Assembly: GCF_006345805.1 (NCBI RefSeq)
Contig: NC_042999.1
Span: forward strand, 169,322,001 to 169,386,000
DNA: 64,000 nucleotides
Direction: 5' to 3'
DNA from: Octopus sinensis
Lineage: Eukaryota
Position numbers and translations under genes: made by a program. This document shows positions 1-13,558 of this stretch, piece by piece (positions within the stretch are counted from its first letter, which is position 1; each line of letters begins with the position of its first letter). Under the pieces are notes generated by a model that was given only the letters and a program-made list of their open reading frames with translations, did no database searches and was not told the origin of the DNA.

Positions 1-622
1 ATTTTCTTTCTCTTTTTTTTCAATTGATGAGCAAAAAATTGTTCTGACTGGTGAATAAATTTAAAGTCAACTCTAAATTAGCTGACCCCAATCCATTATT
101 ATGCTGGTTTATCTCTATTTCATATTTACTCTTCTGCAATAGAACAAACTACACATACCACAACAATCAGTTAACTATCATCTGTTAGAAATTCCTACAA
201 TTATTTCTTTCTTTACCTTCTTCATGTTATTTCTTTGATGTGAACCTGAATTTGTTTCTAAGATGGATATTTTTATTCAATGTGTGTTGGTATTTGGTAT
301 TTTTCATCTCAGGGAGAACCTATTTATGACTTAGGTAAAACTGAGTAATGTTTTTCAAATACTCTAGAATTATCATAAAAGGATGCACTGTTTCTTTTTA
401 TTTGTTTTTTTTTTTATCTACAAATTATTTCATTTCATTTGTTATACCACTTGTTTTTTTTTTTTTTTTGTTTTTTCCCCCTTATAAACCAAAGCACTGT
501 GATTTGTAACAACATCTGCTGTGCAATGAACTTATTGCTATGAAAAAAGGTGTTTCACTTGAAATCTCTGAACTTCCTTGACAAAATTTGTACAGGTTAA
601 AATATACTTACACAAAAACCAA

Positions 623-632
623 ACCTCCACAT

Positions 633-672
<40 letters not shown>

Positions 673-733
673 TATATACATATATATATACATATATATG
701 TGTGTATGTGTGTATGTGTGTGTGTGTGTGTGT
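623..733. repeat. (TA)n/(TG)n compound microsatellite
   Basis: Directly visible; explains the overlapping YI/CV low-complexity ORFs. Confidence 0.95.
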
Positions 734-1316
734 GTGGTATGCATTGTGTCTATGTATGTATACACATATATAAGACATGCTTTTTTCTTCTCCAAACATG
801 TTTGTAGAATTAATTTCCATTAAATGTTGAAAAAAAAAAAACCAATAAGATTTTTAAGAATATTTACAAATTTTCTTTTCCATGTGTTCCTTTCAGTTAG
901 TTTTTTTTTTCTTTGTGTGTGTTTCTTAGTGAATTTACAATATGTTAACATTGAAATATTTCATTCATTTTGGTGATTTTTATCAACTTTCTAGAGAGGC
1001 ATAAATGCATGTACATCTTGAATATACAAAATATTTTTTTCTTTTTCTATTCCATGATTTTTCTTCCCTTCATATTCATCCAACTTTGTAATTTTCACTC
1101 ATTTACATGATTCACTGCCCTCACTCACATGCTAAATTTAGTTGGATTTAAAATGGTTCAAAAAAAGCTCTTAATCCCATCACTCTCATGGTTCACCATC
1201 CAACGTATATTTACTTTCAAAGTAGAAACACTGGGTACATTATTACAATTGTGGAAGCATTTCTATTTCCATATGGTTCATATATTTATAAGTATATGTG
1301 TGTGTGTGTGTGTATG

Positions 1317-1347
<31 letters not shown>

Positions 1348-1448
1348 GAAAAAAGTGAGGTATATGTGTGTTCAGGCCATTTTGCATATAATGAAAAAAA
1401 TTTTTAAATCAAAATATATCAACTAGATTATGGCTGGGAGGTGACAGT

Positions 1449-2190
1449 TTACTCAAAATAGCTGTCCTCACCTTCCACCACAACTTCAAGATAGCTCCAG
1501 AACCTGGTGCATGCATTCTTCACTCTGTCTCTGAGATTTGCAAACATTTTGCTCTTGGCCGCCAGTTTGGCCTTTGTGTTGCAAGTAGAGTGGTTGGTAT
1601 ATTTCTCAACCATGCCCAACATTACAATCAAGAGAATTAGGAGACCAGAAATTGAGGCTGCTGAAGTCATAGAAATTCTCCAACAATTACTTCTGACTCT
1701 TGCCAGAGGTCTGGCTTGGAGCTGAATCTTGTTAGCCTTCCAGCAGAAACCTTCTCCAGCCAAGGTTTGACCACAGTCTCCAGTTGCTACACATATCCAC
1801 CTGAATTGAGTCTAAGGCCTTGTTAAAAAATGTAGGGTTGCATAACATCACCGTCACAGGAGATATATCGAAAGACCATCACAGTTTAGGGGTTCTTGGT
1901 TTTCATGATCTCCATGTCACATCTTGCAGCCTTTATGGTGTTTACAGAGCATAAAGCAGCAGTCATGATGCCACCATTTTGATACCTGGCATGAATCATC
2001 ATGATACAGGTAACTCTTTTCCATTATTCAGATAGCTTTCAGCCCTCCATGTTAGCTAACTTTTCCTCAGCTACAACTTTAATCTTCATGCTCTCTAATG
2101 CCATTGACTATTCACCAGTACATCAATCAGTCCTTGATAGAAGAGTCATTAAAAATTGCCAAATTTTGCCTGAACACCATTGTGTTTGTG
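1449..2190 (-). mobile_element. Degenerate Tc1/mariner transposase (DD37D/maT-like), C-terminal part
   Basis: Minus-strand frames give KTKNP*TVMVF..I..DGDVM, FWSPNSLDCN (WPPNSPDxN-like) and CNTKAKLAAK...VKNACTRF.S.LEVVVEGEDSYFE; stops and frameshifts present. Confidence 0.8.
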
Positions 2191-2287
2191 TGTATATATT
2201 GTGTATATGCATAGATATATAAAGTATATGTATGCATAGATTTATAAGTGTGTGTGTGTATATATATAGATATGTATATAGATTTAA

Positions 2288-2329
<42 letters not shown>

Positions 2330-2330
<1 letters not shown>

Positions 2331-2535
2331 TTCAGTAAAATTTAGATTCAGATGAATATGGTACTTAAGTTACAGGTACCAGAATTTAGTATGGTATTAT
2401 CCATATAATTCAAAATGGGGTGATTATAATCAAAATAAGCAACAAGGATATCCAGAGGTAATGCAGTACGATCGTTTCATGCGACTCCATTTAATTGAAG
2501 AATGCAAACATTCTTATTTTGATTATTTTGCTTAT
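2330..2535 (-). mobile_element. TA-flanked non-autonomous element carrying a 5'-truncated hammerhead remnant
   Basis: Minus strand AAGA-ATGT...GCAT-GAAAC-GATC-GTA-CTGCA, palindromic ACGATCGT at 2468-2475; terminal inversion (ataatcaaaataag / cttattttgattat). Confidence 0.5.
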
Positions 2536-2957
2536 TTTGATTATATATATAATATTTCAGAGAGAGGGAGATTGATAACTATATATGTGTGTGTGTGTGT
2601 GCCTATACACTCATATGTAAAGGTGCATGACCTAGTGTTGCACACACAATCATGATATTGTGGTTTCAATTCCTGAGTACAATGCCCCACCTGGTCCAGG
2701 AAAAAAGAAATCATGAGCTTGCAACCACAAGTGCAACAACTATTTGGACACAAGCCTTCACTGTTTGTGTGTATATATCTCTATCTATTGGTCTGTCTTT
2801 CTGTTTATTTATCTATCAATAGGGTTATACTCCAAGCAGTGTCCTCATGAAACACATCTGCATATTCCAGTACTGCAAAAATTGTATGTAGTTGTTGTAC
2901 CTGAGTGAGGTATGTATGAGTTGAAATATCCTGAAAAAAGTTTTCGCAGAGTAATTA

Positions 2958-3244
2958 CATATCAAAATGGGAGAATGGAAAAATGTTTGACATTAATTAT
3001 TTCCCATCACATGTATTTCATTTTATAATAGGAGTTACAAAGTTGTACATGTAGAAGAAGCATGCAAAATATCAATTATTAAAAATTCTTCAGATAGATT
3101 CTCTGTCTGAAGAATTTTTAATAGGAGATATCATACATGTTTCTTGTGCATGTACAGCTTTGTAACTCCTATTAGAAAATGAAATACATGTAATGGGGGA
3201 ATAATTAATACCAAACATTTTTCCAATCTCCTGTTTTGATACAT
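2958..3244. mobile_element. Near-perfect palindromic MITE/foldback element
   Basis: catatcaaaatgggagaatggaaaaatgtttg...acatgtatttcattttataataggagttacaaag is mirrored at 3150-3244; the centre (aaaaattctttcagatag / ctgtctgaagaattttt) is also self-complementary. Confidence 0.8.
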
Positions 3245-3247
3245 GAG

Positions 3248-3612
3248 GCACAGGCGTGGCTGTGTGATAAGAAGTTTTCTTCTTAACCAGATGACTCCAG
3301 GTTCAGTCCCACTGCATGGCACCTTGGGCAAGTGTCTTCTACTATAGCCTCGGGCCGACCAAAGCATTGCAAGTGAATCTGGTAGACAGAAACTGAGAGA
3401 AACCCATTGTGTGTCTGTGCTTGTGATATCCTACTGTCTGACAACCAGTATTGGTGTGTTTACATCCCCATAACTTAGTGGTCTGGCAAAAGAGACTGAT
3501 AGAATAAGTACCAGGCTTACAAAAAAAATTAGGTACTGGTGTTGATTCAGTCAACTAAAATTCCTCAATATGGTGCCCCAGCATGGCCACAGTTTAACAA
3601 CTGAAACAACTT
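3248..3612 (+). mobile_element. tRNA-derived SINE family A, older copy
   Basis: ggcgtggctgtgtg...ggttcagtcccactg...ccttgggcaagtgtcttctactatagcc...cagcatggcc; homologous to 4565, 43062 and 46960. Confidence 0.85.
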
Positions 3613-3690
3613 CAGGAGAAAATAAAAGACAATATATATATATATACATACAAACAGACATATATACATACATATTATATAGACAGATAT

Positions 3691-3730
<40 letters not shown>

Positions 3731-3748
3731 CAAGAATTACAAGAATGT

Positions 3749-3793
<45 letters not shown>

Positions 3794-4147
3794 GATATAC
3801 GTGAATATGTGTGCATGTGTGCGTATATACAAGAATACACACACACATACACATATATTTTTATTAATCTTTAGCAGAAGCAACAGAATGACTTGAAGTC
3901 CAGGAGTTTTATAGCACTTATCAAACTCTTGTGGTAAATAATACGTTCTAACCTAACCTCCACTTTTATGTGGAGAGATAAATGTTACCTTTTTGTATTG
4001 ATATTGTTTCTGTCGCTATTAATGATCTTTTGGTAAGTCCACCAGCTATCTGTGACACCAGTGCCTGAACAACATTGTTAACAAGGGAAAAATACACACA
4101 CCTATTTATAATATATGTATGTATATATATACTTGTGTGTGTATGTG

Positions 4148-4181
<34 letters not shown>

Positions 4182-4564
4182 TATGAGAGAGAGAGAGCCT
4201 ATTACCTTACCTTTGGTATTCAAGTACTATTTTTTCACCTTGTTTTTGCATCTGTGTGCTCCTTTGTGTTATATGTGTGTGTATATATGTATATATATAT
4301 ATATATACATATATACATATATATATATCTTACCCAGACATGTAGGCTCCCTGGAACAAAAACTCATCTCCAAATACATTAACCATCATTCTACCTCCAG
4401 GTAGCCTGAGAAGAGTCATATATCAACCTCTTGGCACTAATCCAATGGCTTAAGGATGCAAACTTTTACTACAACATCAACTGGGAGATCTTTTCTAAGA
4501 CTACAACTTATATTAATGGGTCAAAAAATGTCTCACATGTTTACTTGAAAAATTTCATCATAAG

Positions 4565-4960
4565 GCGCAGGAGTGGCTGTGTGGTAAGTAGCTTGCTAAC
4601 CAACCACATGGTTCTGGGTTCAGTCCCACTGCGTGGCACCTTGGGCAAGTGTCTTCTACTATAGCCCCAGGCCGACCAATGCCTTGTGAGTGGATTTGGT
4701 AGACGGAAACTGAAAGAAGCCTGTCGTATATATGTATATATATATATATATGTATTATGTGTGTGTGTTTGTCTCCCTAGCATTGCTTGACAACCGATGC
4801 TGGTGTGTCTACGTCCCCGTCACTTAGCGGTTCGGCAAAAGAGAGACCGATAGAATAAGTACTAGGCTTACAAAGAATAAGTCCCGGGGTCGATTTGCCC
4901 GACTAAAGGCGGTGCTCCAGCATGGCCGCAGTCAAATGACTGAAACAAGTAAAAGAGTAA
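4565..4960 (+). mobile_element. tRNA-derived SINE family A, young full-length copy
   Basis: A-box/B-box-like head (tggctgtgtgg, ggttcagtccc), CpG-rich body, gtaaaaga tail; highly similar to 43062 and 46960. Confidence 0.9.
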
Positions 4961-4999
4961 AAAAGTAAGTCTCTCCAGAAACTGTTTGAATTTTTTTCC

Positions 5000-5990
5000 T
5001 CCTGTTCACTTTTTACAAAGTACATCGTAGCCAAAATAAACCACCAGGCAGACCATAACTTATTTCAAAGATGGTTTATGAAATTTTCAATATTCATCAT
5101 AAATTGCCAATAATTGATGAGCAGTCCATTATCTTTCATTGATTGTTCTCTGTCTTTTCCAAATCAGCATGCTCATGTAAACTTCAGTTACACAGGGCAG
5201 CCTTCAACATTTCCTATATGAATGGATTTACATGCTATTGTTTTATATGAATGCTTTCAGAGATGCCATTCCAAAGAAGAATTATTTTATGTTTCTCCCA
5301 AAATTTTTTTTAAATTCTTGATATCAGTTATGTATACATACATATATATATATAGATATAGGCATATATACATATATTAAAGTGATTTGTTGTGTAAGGC
5401 TGGAACAATGCAAAAAGATATAAAGTAAACTACAATAAGAAAACAAAGCAAAGTTGTAGTTTACCTTATATTTCAGGATTATGATTCCTTCAGGGCATTT
5501 GGGAAAGCAATGGATGGGAAAGGTCATTGCTCAGATGTGTAAAGAAAGAGGAAGGTGACATGTACAGACTGGCATTGCTATAGTAACCAGTCTGCTTTGT
5601 TTGAATGTGCAGTTTTCAAGTGATACTCCCAATATAAGATTCCCCACTGAGAACACCACCAAGAAATTGCACATTTGAAGAACATATGTGCACAGACACT
5701 TCAATCAAAAGACACCTAAAGAAGTACCAGACCCAGAATTTCAAGCTATCCATCAAGGCCATTCAATGCAACAGAGCTAATCTCAGAATTATGGAGGTCA
5801 ACAAACTAAGATCAACCATGAACAACAGGAAGGAGTAACATGGGACAGAGTGGTTACTATAGCAATGCTTGTGGTCTGCACCTGTCATCTTCCTCCTTCC
5901 CTACACATCTGAGCAATGACCTTTTCTATCCCTTGCTTTTCCACATGTCCTGAAGAAGGGGTCATAGTGCCGAAATATAAAAATATAACG
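5000..5990 (+). mobile_element. Highly degenerate Penelope-like element remnant
   Basis: YIVAKIN..PPGRP resembles the PLE RT motif; ends in a degenerate hammerhead-like CTGAAGA-A-GG...CC-GAAAT at 5950-5976. Confidence 0.35.
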
Positions 5991-6458
5991 TAAACTGCTT
6001 TTTTATATATATAATCGTATGTGTGTATGAGTGTGTACATGCATGCACATATGAGTATGTGTATAGATATATGTGTATATTATATATATATATATATAAT
6101 ATACACATATATATGTTCATGTCTCTGTATTAAAAAAAGTTTTTGGGAATTTTAACCATTGTCTGTGAAAATAGTGACATATAGTGTAGATGGATAAGCG
6201 TATATATGTGTATACTTTAAGATTATACGTATAAATGTGAGTGTGTATATGTGTTTAAATGATTGTGTGTGCTTGTACATATGTGTAGGTAGGTTTATAT
6301 TTGCATGTATATGTCTACGACATTGTATCTATTCACCATTAGACAGTGGTGAGAGGGACACACACATGTACATATTTATATGTATAAAACCTTCGACAGA
6401 GTAACAGTCATATATACAAATTGAACAGACACACATATCAGTACATAAACATACACAT

Positions 6459-6495
<37 letters not shown>

Positions 6496-6641
6496 TGTCT
6501 ACACACTTACACACCTAAATACTCGTATACATAAGTACATACAAACATGCGTATAGGCATGCACACATGTATACACACACACACACACACACATACATAC
6601 ATACACACATACATATCATGAACTAACTGTTACTTTCTCAG

Positions 6642-6682
6642 ATGCAGCACGGAATTTTGTCAGTGAACAGGTTGCAGACTAA
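6642..6682 (+). CDS. Candidate terminal coding exon of an unidentified host gene
   Basis: Branch point CTAAC plus ttactttctcAG acceptor; phase-1 reading (D)AARNFVSEQVAD*; followed by U-rich 3'UTR-like sequence; no homology recognised. Confidence 0.3.
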
Positions 6683-7194
6683 AAGCAATGAAAATATTTT
6701 GACAAATTAAATTTAAATGTTGAAGTGAATCTAACAGTTTTTTTTTTTGTGTGTTTTTTTTTTATGGCTTATAAACATCTTTCCATGCTGCAGTTGTACA
6801 ACTTTTTTATTTTCTTTTTGTAATTTTCCATCAGCAATATATATAGTCATTAGTGTCTTTCAAGCACTGGACTTATTAAAAGATAATTAATAGAGACAGA
6901 AACAGTATCAATACAAAAAGGTAACATTTATCTCTCCACATAAAAGTGGAGGTTAGGTTAGACCGTAAAATTACTGTATTATTTACCACAAGAGTTTGAT
7001 AATAAAACTCTTCGACCTTGAATATATATATATATTCTTGTATACACATACACACATACACATTCATGTACATCCACATATATGTGTGTGTGTATGTATA
7101 TACATTCTTGTAATTTTCTTCTCACATTATTCCAGCCTTACATAACAAATCTCTTTAAAGCAAATTGCACAATTTTTCACCAAAAGTACTCCCT

Positions 7195-7229
<35 letters not shown>

Positions 7230-7308
7230 TACACTCACACATATACACATATATTTATATACATATATTCAGTTATATATATATATATTTGTATACAATA
7301 CAGATATA

Positions 7309-8129
7309 CAGGGTGTTTCAAAAACTTTGATATCATTTGAGATGTAAGTATCACAGAAACTACAAAGTCAAAGCAAATGCGACTGAACAGGATTAATGTT
7401 GAGCAACATAAGATTCATTTTTCCAACTTTGAATGAGAAACTCAAAGGTCTGTGGATTCCATGAACGATTTCACAAATATTCAATATTGCACACTGCCTG
7501 GACATGGCACACGTCAAGTCGGTAGTCCAGCTCTTCCCAAACACGCTGCAGCATGTCTTGGGTAACAGTCTCCAGTGCGGTAGTGATTCTCTGCTCGAGT
7601 TCCTCTAGGTTGGCAGGAAGATGGGGGGGACATAGACCAGGCCCTTCACATAACCCCTTGTTTGTACTCTCGCTTGTCATCTGCCATTATGGCCTGAATG
7701 AGCTGCAGCTTGTAAGGTTTCACTAGCAAGTGTTTCCTCAGGACATGGTAAACTCTTGTTGGAGGAATCTGGGTTTGCGGACTTGTTCTTGTTAAGGACT
7801 TCTTGGGGTGGACTATCTCTTCCAATGTTAGTGGTTGTTTAGATTTTTTTGCTCTGCACAGACAGCCTTCCTCTTTGAATTTTTTGTGCCATGTCCAAAT
7901 CTGCAGTGCAGTTGGTGACTTTTTGAGAACTCTCACAAATGCACACTGCACAATGCCTTTTCTCTTCCAGTGAATGCCATTGCTATACCCTGAAAAGATA
8001 TACATATCAAACGTTAAACATAAAATTTTGACCTGTTCTACACATACTGTTAAAGTTTGAAGTCATTTGAACAAGAACTGGCAAAGTTATTAGATTGCAA
8101 AATGATATCAAATTTTTTGAAACACCCTG
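7309..8129 (-). mobile_element. Internally deleted Tc1/mariner element with both TIRs
   Basis: TIR cagggtgtttcaaaaa(c/a)tttgatatcattt at both ends, TA on the left; HTH region (WHKKFKEEGCL...LRKHLLVKPYKLQL) joined to the C-terminus (NLEELEQRIT...LQRVWEELDYRLDVC); DDE core missing. Confidence 0.9.
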
Positions 8130-8133
8130 TGTG

Positions 8134-8175
<42 letters not shown>

Positions 8176-9609
8176 AGCAAATAATGACAGATAAATAGTG
8201 GTTCACTCAATACGGCTGTTTCAGATGTGTTTTTTTTTTTGATGAATAGAGTTATTACATCATATTAAAACAACTGTTTTCATCATTTGAATATATGAAT
8301 GAATTAAATATTAAAAAAAAAACACTCCACGAATCCAAGTTTCTGTCATTTCATGTCTCACTGATGAACTTTGGCCAGTGAATACATATATATTGTATTA
8401 ACAGTACACACAGATATTGGATTTTATTCATTTATTGAAGGCTTACAAATGTTACACGAAGTATTGCAAGGATTTAGTTCCATTGATTGATCCATGGTCA
8501 ACCATCTGAAAAATAGAGGACAATCACCTTCCCTTATTCTAACAGAAAGGAGTTTGTTCAAGATGGTATTATATGAAAACTAGGTCATCCATTTTAAGCA
8601 AGTAACTGACCAGTACTACACTGGCAAAACAGGGGACGGGAATGGTAGTAACAGCAAGAATCAAAGAATAGTAGATATGATTATGAAAAAGAATGAAATT
8701 TGATACTTTGCCTCTTTTAGAGTTGGTATGTATATCAAAAAAGAGTTTATTATATATTGAGGTTTACTACTAGATTTTGAAATGCTAGTGGAAGGAAGGA
8801 GTTATAAGTTATACAAAAAACAGTAGACAGACTGAGGACTTGCTGAAGGTAATTAGCTTTCAGTAACTAATAAAGGTGGTGAAACTTGATACAATATAGT
8901 AAGAGGAAGAAAACTAGAAATATAGCTCCTAACAGACAATGGTAAAGGAAATTAATACAAAAGATCAAATATAAGAGAAAGAGGAAATTGAAATTGAATA
9001 TCTCCTTATAAAGTAATGTCAGAAGAATGAGTAGAGAAACATTTCTAAATAAATTTTAATTAAATATATTTCTAACACTAAAATATTGAACCAGCTAAGC
9101 AAGTAGAAATTATCATTTCCAGATGTTCCAAATGAATAATTTTCAAGGGAATGGTTTGAAGGTTTTTACAGTAAATCCTTACATTTTAATACAAGCTCAT
9201 GTCTCTTGTTCAAAATATTAAACTCTGATGTAAGGATAAACAGTGATTGTTCAAGGCAAAGGTCATATGCTGCCTTTCCTACATCATGAGGTAGCATGCT
9301 GCTTAATATTGACCATTTGATATCATATTTTGTGTTACTATGTTTTAGTTTGCAAATAAACTAAATGAGCTCATTTCCATATTCTTATATTTAAAAGAAG
9401 AGATGTTATATAACCAAGATTTGAAACTGGTTATACAAGAACTTATGCAATGATAAATTAGTTTACCTGTATCTACTGAGTATCTGTAAACTAGTTTTTT
9501 CCTAAGGCATTGTCTATCTAATAGACATTTTTTAGGGTCTCCAAGATTAGAATTATTATTATTACAATTACTTTTAACATTGTGACTACTGTTATTATCA
9601 CTATTATCA

Positions 9610-9850
9610 AAACCTCATGGCCTAGTGGTTTTGGTATTGCACTCGCAATTACTAGATCATGGATTTGATTCCTGGACTGAGCGATGTGTTGTGTTCTTGA
9701 GGAAAACACTTCATTTCACATTGGTCTGTGATTATTTCAACATCTGACAATGTGGCACACTTTTACTCCTGTATAGGCAATGTCAATTTGATGGGGAGAG
9801 CTAATGTCACATCACATACATTTGATCACTATAAACAAATCCTTTGTGCA
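9610..9850 (+). mobile_element. Old tRNA-derived SINE
   Basis: tggcctagtgg A box, gatttgattcc B-box-like, then ttgaggaaaacact body. Confidence 0.6.
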
Positions 9851-9904
9851 GGTCATTCAGCAAAAACTGAACATTGTCTTTGAGGGAAGATTCCGTTAAT
9901 ATTG

Positions 9905-10455
9905 CTATTTTTATCAATAAGGCAGAATCGTTAGTACATTGGACAGAATGCTTAACGGTATTTTGCCCATCACTACATTCTGAGTTCAAGTTCTGCCAAG
10001 GTCGACTTTGCCTTTCATCCTTTTGGTGGTCAATAAATTAAGGACCAGTGAAACATGGGGGTCAATGTAATCAACGAGTTCCCTTCCTCCAAATTTCAGT
10101 CCTTGTGATTTAGTAGAAACAATTATTATTATTGACTCTACAACTTCTGTTATTATTACACCTATTATTAAGAGTTGTATTTTACATATTGTTATTCATA
10201 TTATTTCTATTAAAATTAACATTGTTACTACCACTAATATTATTCTTAAGGCAGTGAGATGGCAGAATCCTTAGAATGTCAGGCAAAATGCTGAGCAGCA
10301 TTTCATCTGTCTTTACATTCTGAGTTCAAATTTCACTGAGGTCGACTGTACCTCCTTTCAGGGTTGGTAAAATAAGTACCAGTTGAGTACAGGGGTAGAT
10401 GTAATTGACTTACCTCCTCCCTGAAATTGCCTGCCTTGTGCCAAAATTTGAAACC
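9905..10455 (+). mobile_element. Two CORE-type SINE copies (about 9905-10125 and 10250-10455)
   Basis: gagttcaa...gaggtcgactttgcctttcatcc...ataaa.taagtaccag, a MIR/CORE-like motif repeated at 31385 and 51720. Confidence 0.75.
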
Positions 10456-10519
10456 AATATTATTGTTATTGTTGTCATTATAATTACTATTATTGTTATT
10501 ATTACTGTTGTTATTGTAT

Positions 10520-11950
10520 ATTACACTTCTCAGAGCTTTCGCTTGCTCTGGCTAATTCTGTAAGAGCAAACAACAACCTGTTGTCAAGGATCTCACAGGG
10601 TATTTTTCTATAATACTCAACAAGTACCAGTCTCAAAATCCTCACTGTCCCCAATAAAGTAGTTTTTTGAATATGTTCTATCCTCATGTCAATTCCAATT
10701 TCTTCAACATGGTTGTTAATGCTCCTTGTGTCCCTAAAACTACTCGGATGACAGTTACTTTCTTCGTTGCTCACATCTCATCTTTTCGTGGCTTCTACAT
10801 CAGTCTTTTTCACTTCTTTATCTTCCACTCATACATCACCAGGTATGGCAATATCAATGATTTTGGCTTCCCTTCTCATTTTAACAACTACGTCTGCTCT
10901 TCGAGTATCAGTCACTGAATCATACTGAATTCAAAATCCCACAAAATCTTATACTCTTTTTTCTTGGTGACACCTTCTGGCTTATGCTCATACTTTTCCA
11001 ATGTCCTTTCAAGACCATACATCTCCCATAATCTCCAATGAACATACCTAGCTATATATTCATGCCTCATTTTCTATTCCTTTGGAACCAATGTGCTACA
11101 CTCACTCACAATATGGGAGACTTTTATTTTTGATGCCACTCATCTTACAAAGAGGAAATCCAATACTCTTATATTGGGACTTGGTGTAATTAGTTGTCAA
11201 AGCTTGTTCGTTAGTGCTGTAAGTCAATGCCTCAGTGCATCCTTTCAGCCACCTCTAAGAATCGGTCGTGTCCTTCCCTTCCATTTCTTTGAGGTATTGC
11301 CTATGCATCACTTTCACTTTCAGTGGTTCGCTCTTTTGGCTGTGTCACATTGTGTTGCTATTTCTAATCACAACAACCAAAGGTTGAATCTGTGTTTGAC
11401 ATACCATTCCAAATTTCATTAGCAACACAGCTCTTGTATCCTATGAGTTCTCTTGTTCCCTTGTTTCGAGACATATACAATCTTTTGAAATCACTTTAAG
11501 GGTACAATTCCCTGTTCATTTTATTACTTATTTAATCTTTCTATCCATTTCCTCTAGCTTGTTCTTTGTCCAGCTAATGACACCTGCACCATATCACATT
11601 AAGGAGACAGCCCATGTATCCATTGCCTTTATCTTCTTTCCATTGAATCTATGCTTCATAACTAACTTTGTTCTCCTGAGTTATTCTCACCTAAAGCTTT
11701 CCTTCATCTTGCTCTCCTTGATTATCATTTAATGCTAAATCATCATACATGAACTCTCTTACTTTTCAAGCATTCTGGGAAGTTATGATTTGCACTTGGT
11801 ACTAGTGATTGAATATGCAAACTTAACTGAATTCTTATTAAACAATTTCCCATATCAACTTGATGGTGGGAAGTATTTCTCCAAGACCATGAAGAATTTT
11901 CTTGCTTGCAACCTGTATGGTGCATTATACCACACAACTATCCCTGTGTT
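10520..11950 (-). mobile_element. 5'-truncated R4/Dong-like non-LTR retrotransposon (CCHC + restriction-like endonuclease)
   Basis: SHIVSECSTL..KE*KMRHEYIARYVHWRL..YGL...YEHKPEGV...KILWDF and IEHIQKTTLLGTVRILRLVL; degenerate (TAA)n at the 3' end. Confidence 0.8.
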
Positions 11951-12954
11951 TCCTAGAACTACAATTTTGTTTACTTCTCCTCTTATATTTTTGTCACTGT
12001 GCACTTAACATTATTGTGATGACTACACCTGTTCCTGTCTCATTAGCTTCCTCACTGTGCCAATTGTTTATATTATACCTCTTATATTTTGAAGGTAGTC
12101 TAGATTTACCTGTATATTTATTCATACTGATCTTACTCTGAGCATACTCACCCTGATGCACTTTAACTTTTCCCTCTTTCCATGGTCAGAGGCCTTCCAA
12201 TGTCTGTTCTATTAACAACACTAGTGTTGTGATTAAATTTCCTATCATAGCCCTTATACTATGTCCTAGAATTCATCAAACTATTGTTATGGTAGTAATT
12301 AAAAAGTTTATTTATTCTCTGTTTAACACTTTTATCCTTATTTAAATCACTATTAGAGATGTATTTAATATTTTCTTTATATCCTGCAAAGGCTAAGTTA
12401 TAATACCTCTCTTACTGTCTAAAACTTAGAAAAGCTTAGAAATTCTAATTGAGACACCTTAACAGATCTAGGAGGATTTGAATTTCGAAGGTTTGTAAAA
12501 AGGGTGATCAGTCCAGTACTAAGGTCTAGGTTACATCTAAAAAAGTTTATCTTACTATGTTACTTCTCTGTAGAGATAGATACTTCTAAACTTTTAAAAA
12601 TTGAAAATTTTTCTTATATTGTTCAAAGTTAGTAATTGCTACAATTATGGATTGTAAATAAGCCATCATCCCAATTCAGGAAAAGCTTAAATAAGCATTG
12701 TAAAATCTGTCACTTGTGCTAAGTCACTTGCCTCCATACTTATAATTGTAATTCAGATCACTTCTTAGTGTTGCCTACAAATTCAATAATTCTTTTCCTA
12801 ACTTCTAATATATCAACTTCCTTCCGTGATAAACTAGAGTTCTTCATCACAAAGTGCCTTACTTATAGGAATAGGGGTGATGAATGCATAGCAGCTGGAT
12901 ATATTTGAATGAATTTATTAATAGCTCTAAACCATACTAAAACCAATCTATACC

Positions 12955-13550
12955 ATCATATTTATATATATTTATATATATATATTCATATACCTTAGTA
13001 AATATATATATATATATATTCATAAATATGTGTGTGTGTGTATATATATATATTCATATATAACAATATATATATATATATACATATATTGATATATAAT
13101 ACTATATATTCATATATAATAATAAATATTCATATATATATATATATATATATATATTAATTAATATACATATATATACATACACACATATATGCATTCA
13201 AGTATATATATTCATATATATATGTATCTATATGTTCATTTATATATTTTTCATGTATATATATGTATATGTATTCATATATATATATTCATGTATATAT
13301 ATTCATACATATATATATACACACACACACACATATAAATATATACATATACATACTCATATATATTCATATATATATGTATTTATATATAAATATATTT
13401 GTGTGTATATATATATATATGTATATTCATTTATATGTATATATATATATATATATTCATATATATGTATGTATATATATATATATATTCATATATATGT
13501 ATGTGTATATATATATATATATATATATTCATATATATGTATATAAATGT
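12955..13550. repeat. Degenerate (TA)n microsatellite with recurrent TTCA interruptions
   Basis: Directly visible. Confidence 0.9.
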
Positions 13551-13558
13551 ATTTAATA

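Noticed and set aside
8361-8385. CTGATGA...TGAATAC hammerhead-like motif
   Set aside because: GAAA and stem III are broken.
8444-8502. Minus-strand exon with good splice sites
   Set aside because: No recognisable peptide and no supporting neighbours; chance occurrence is likely.
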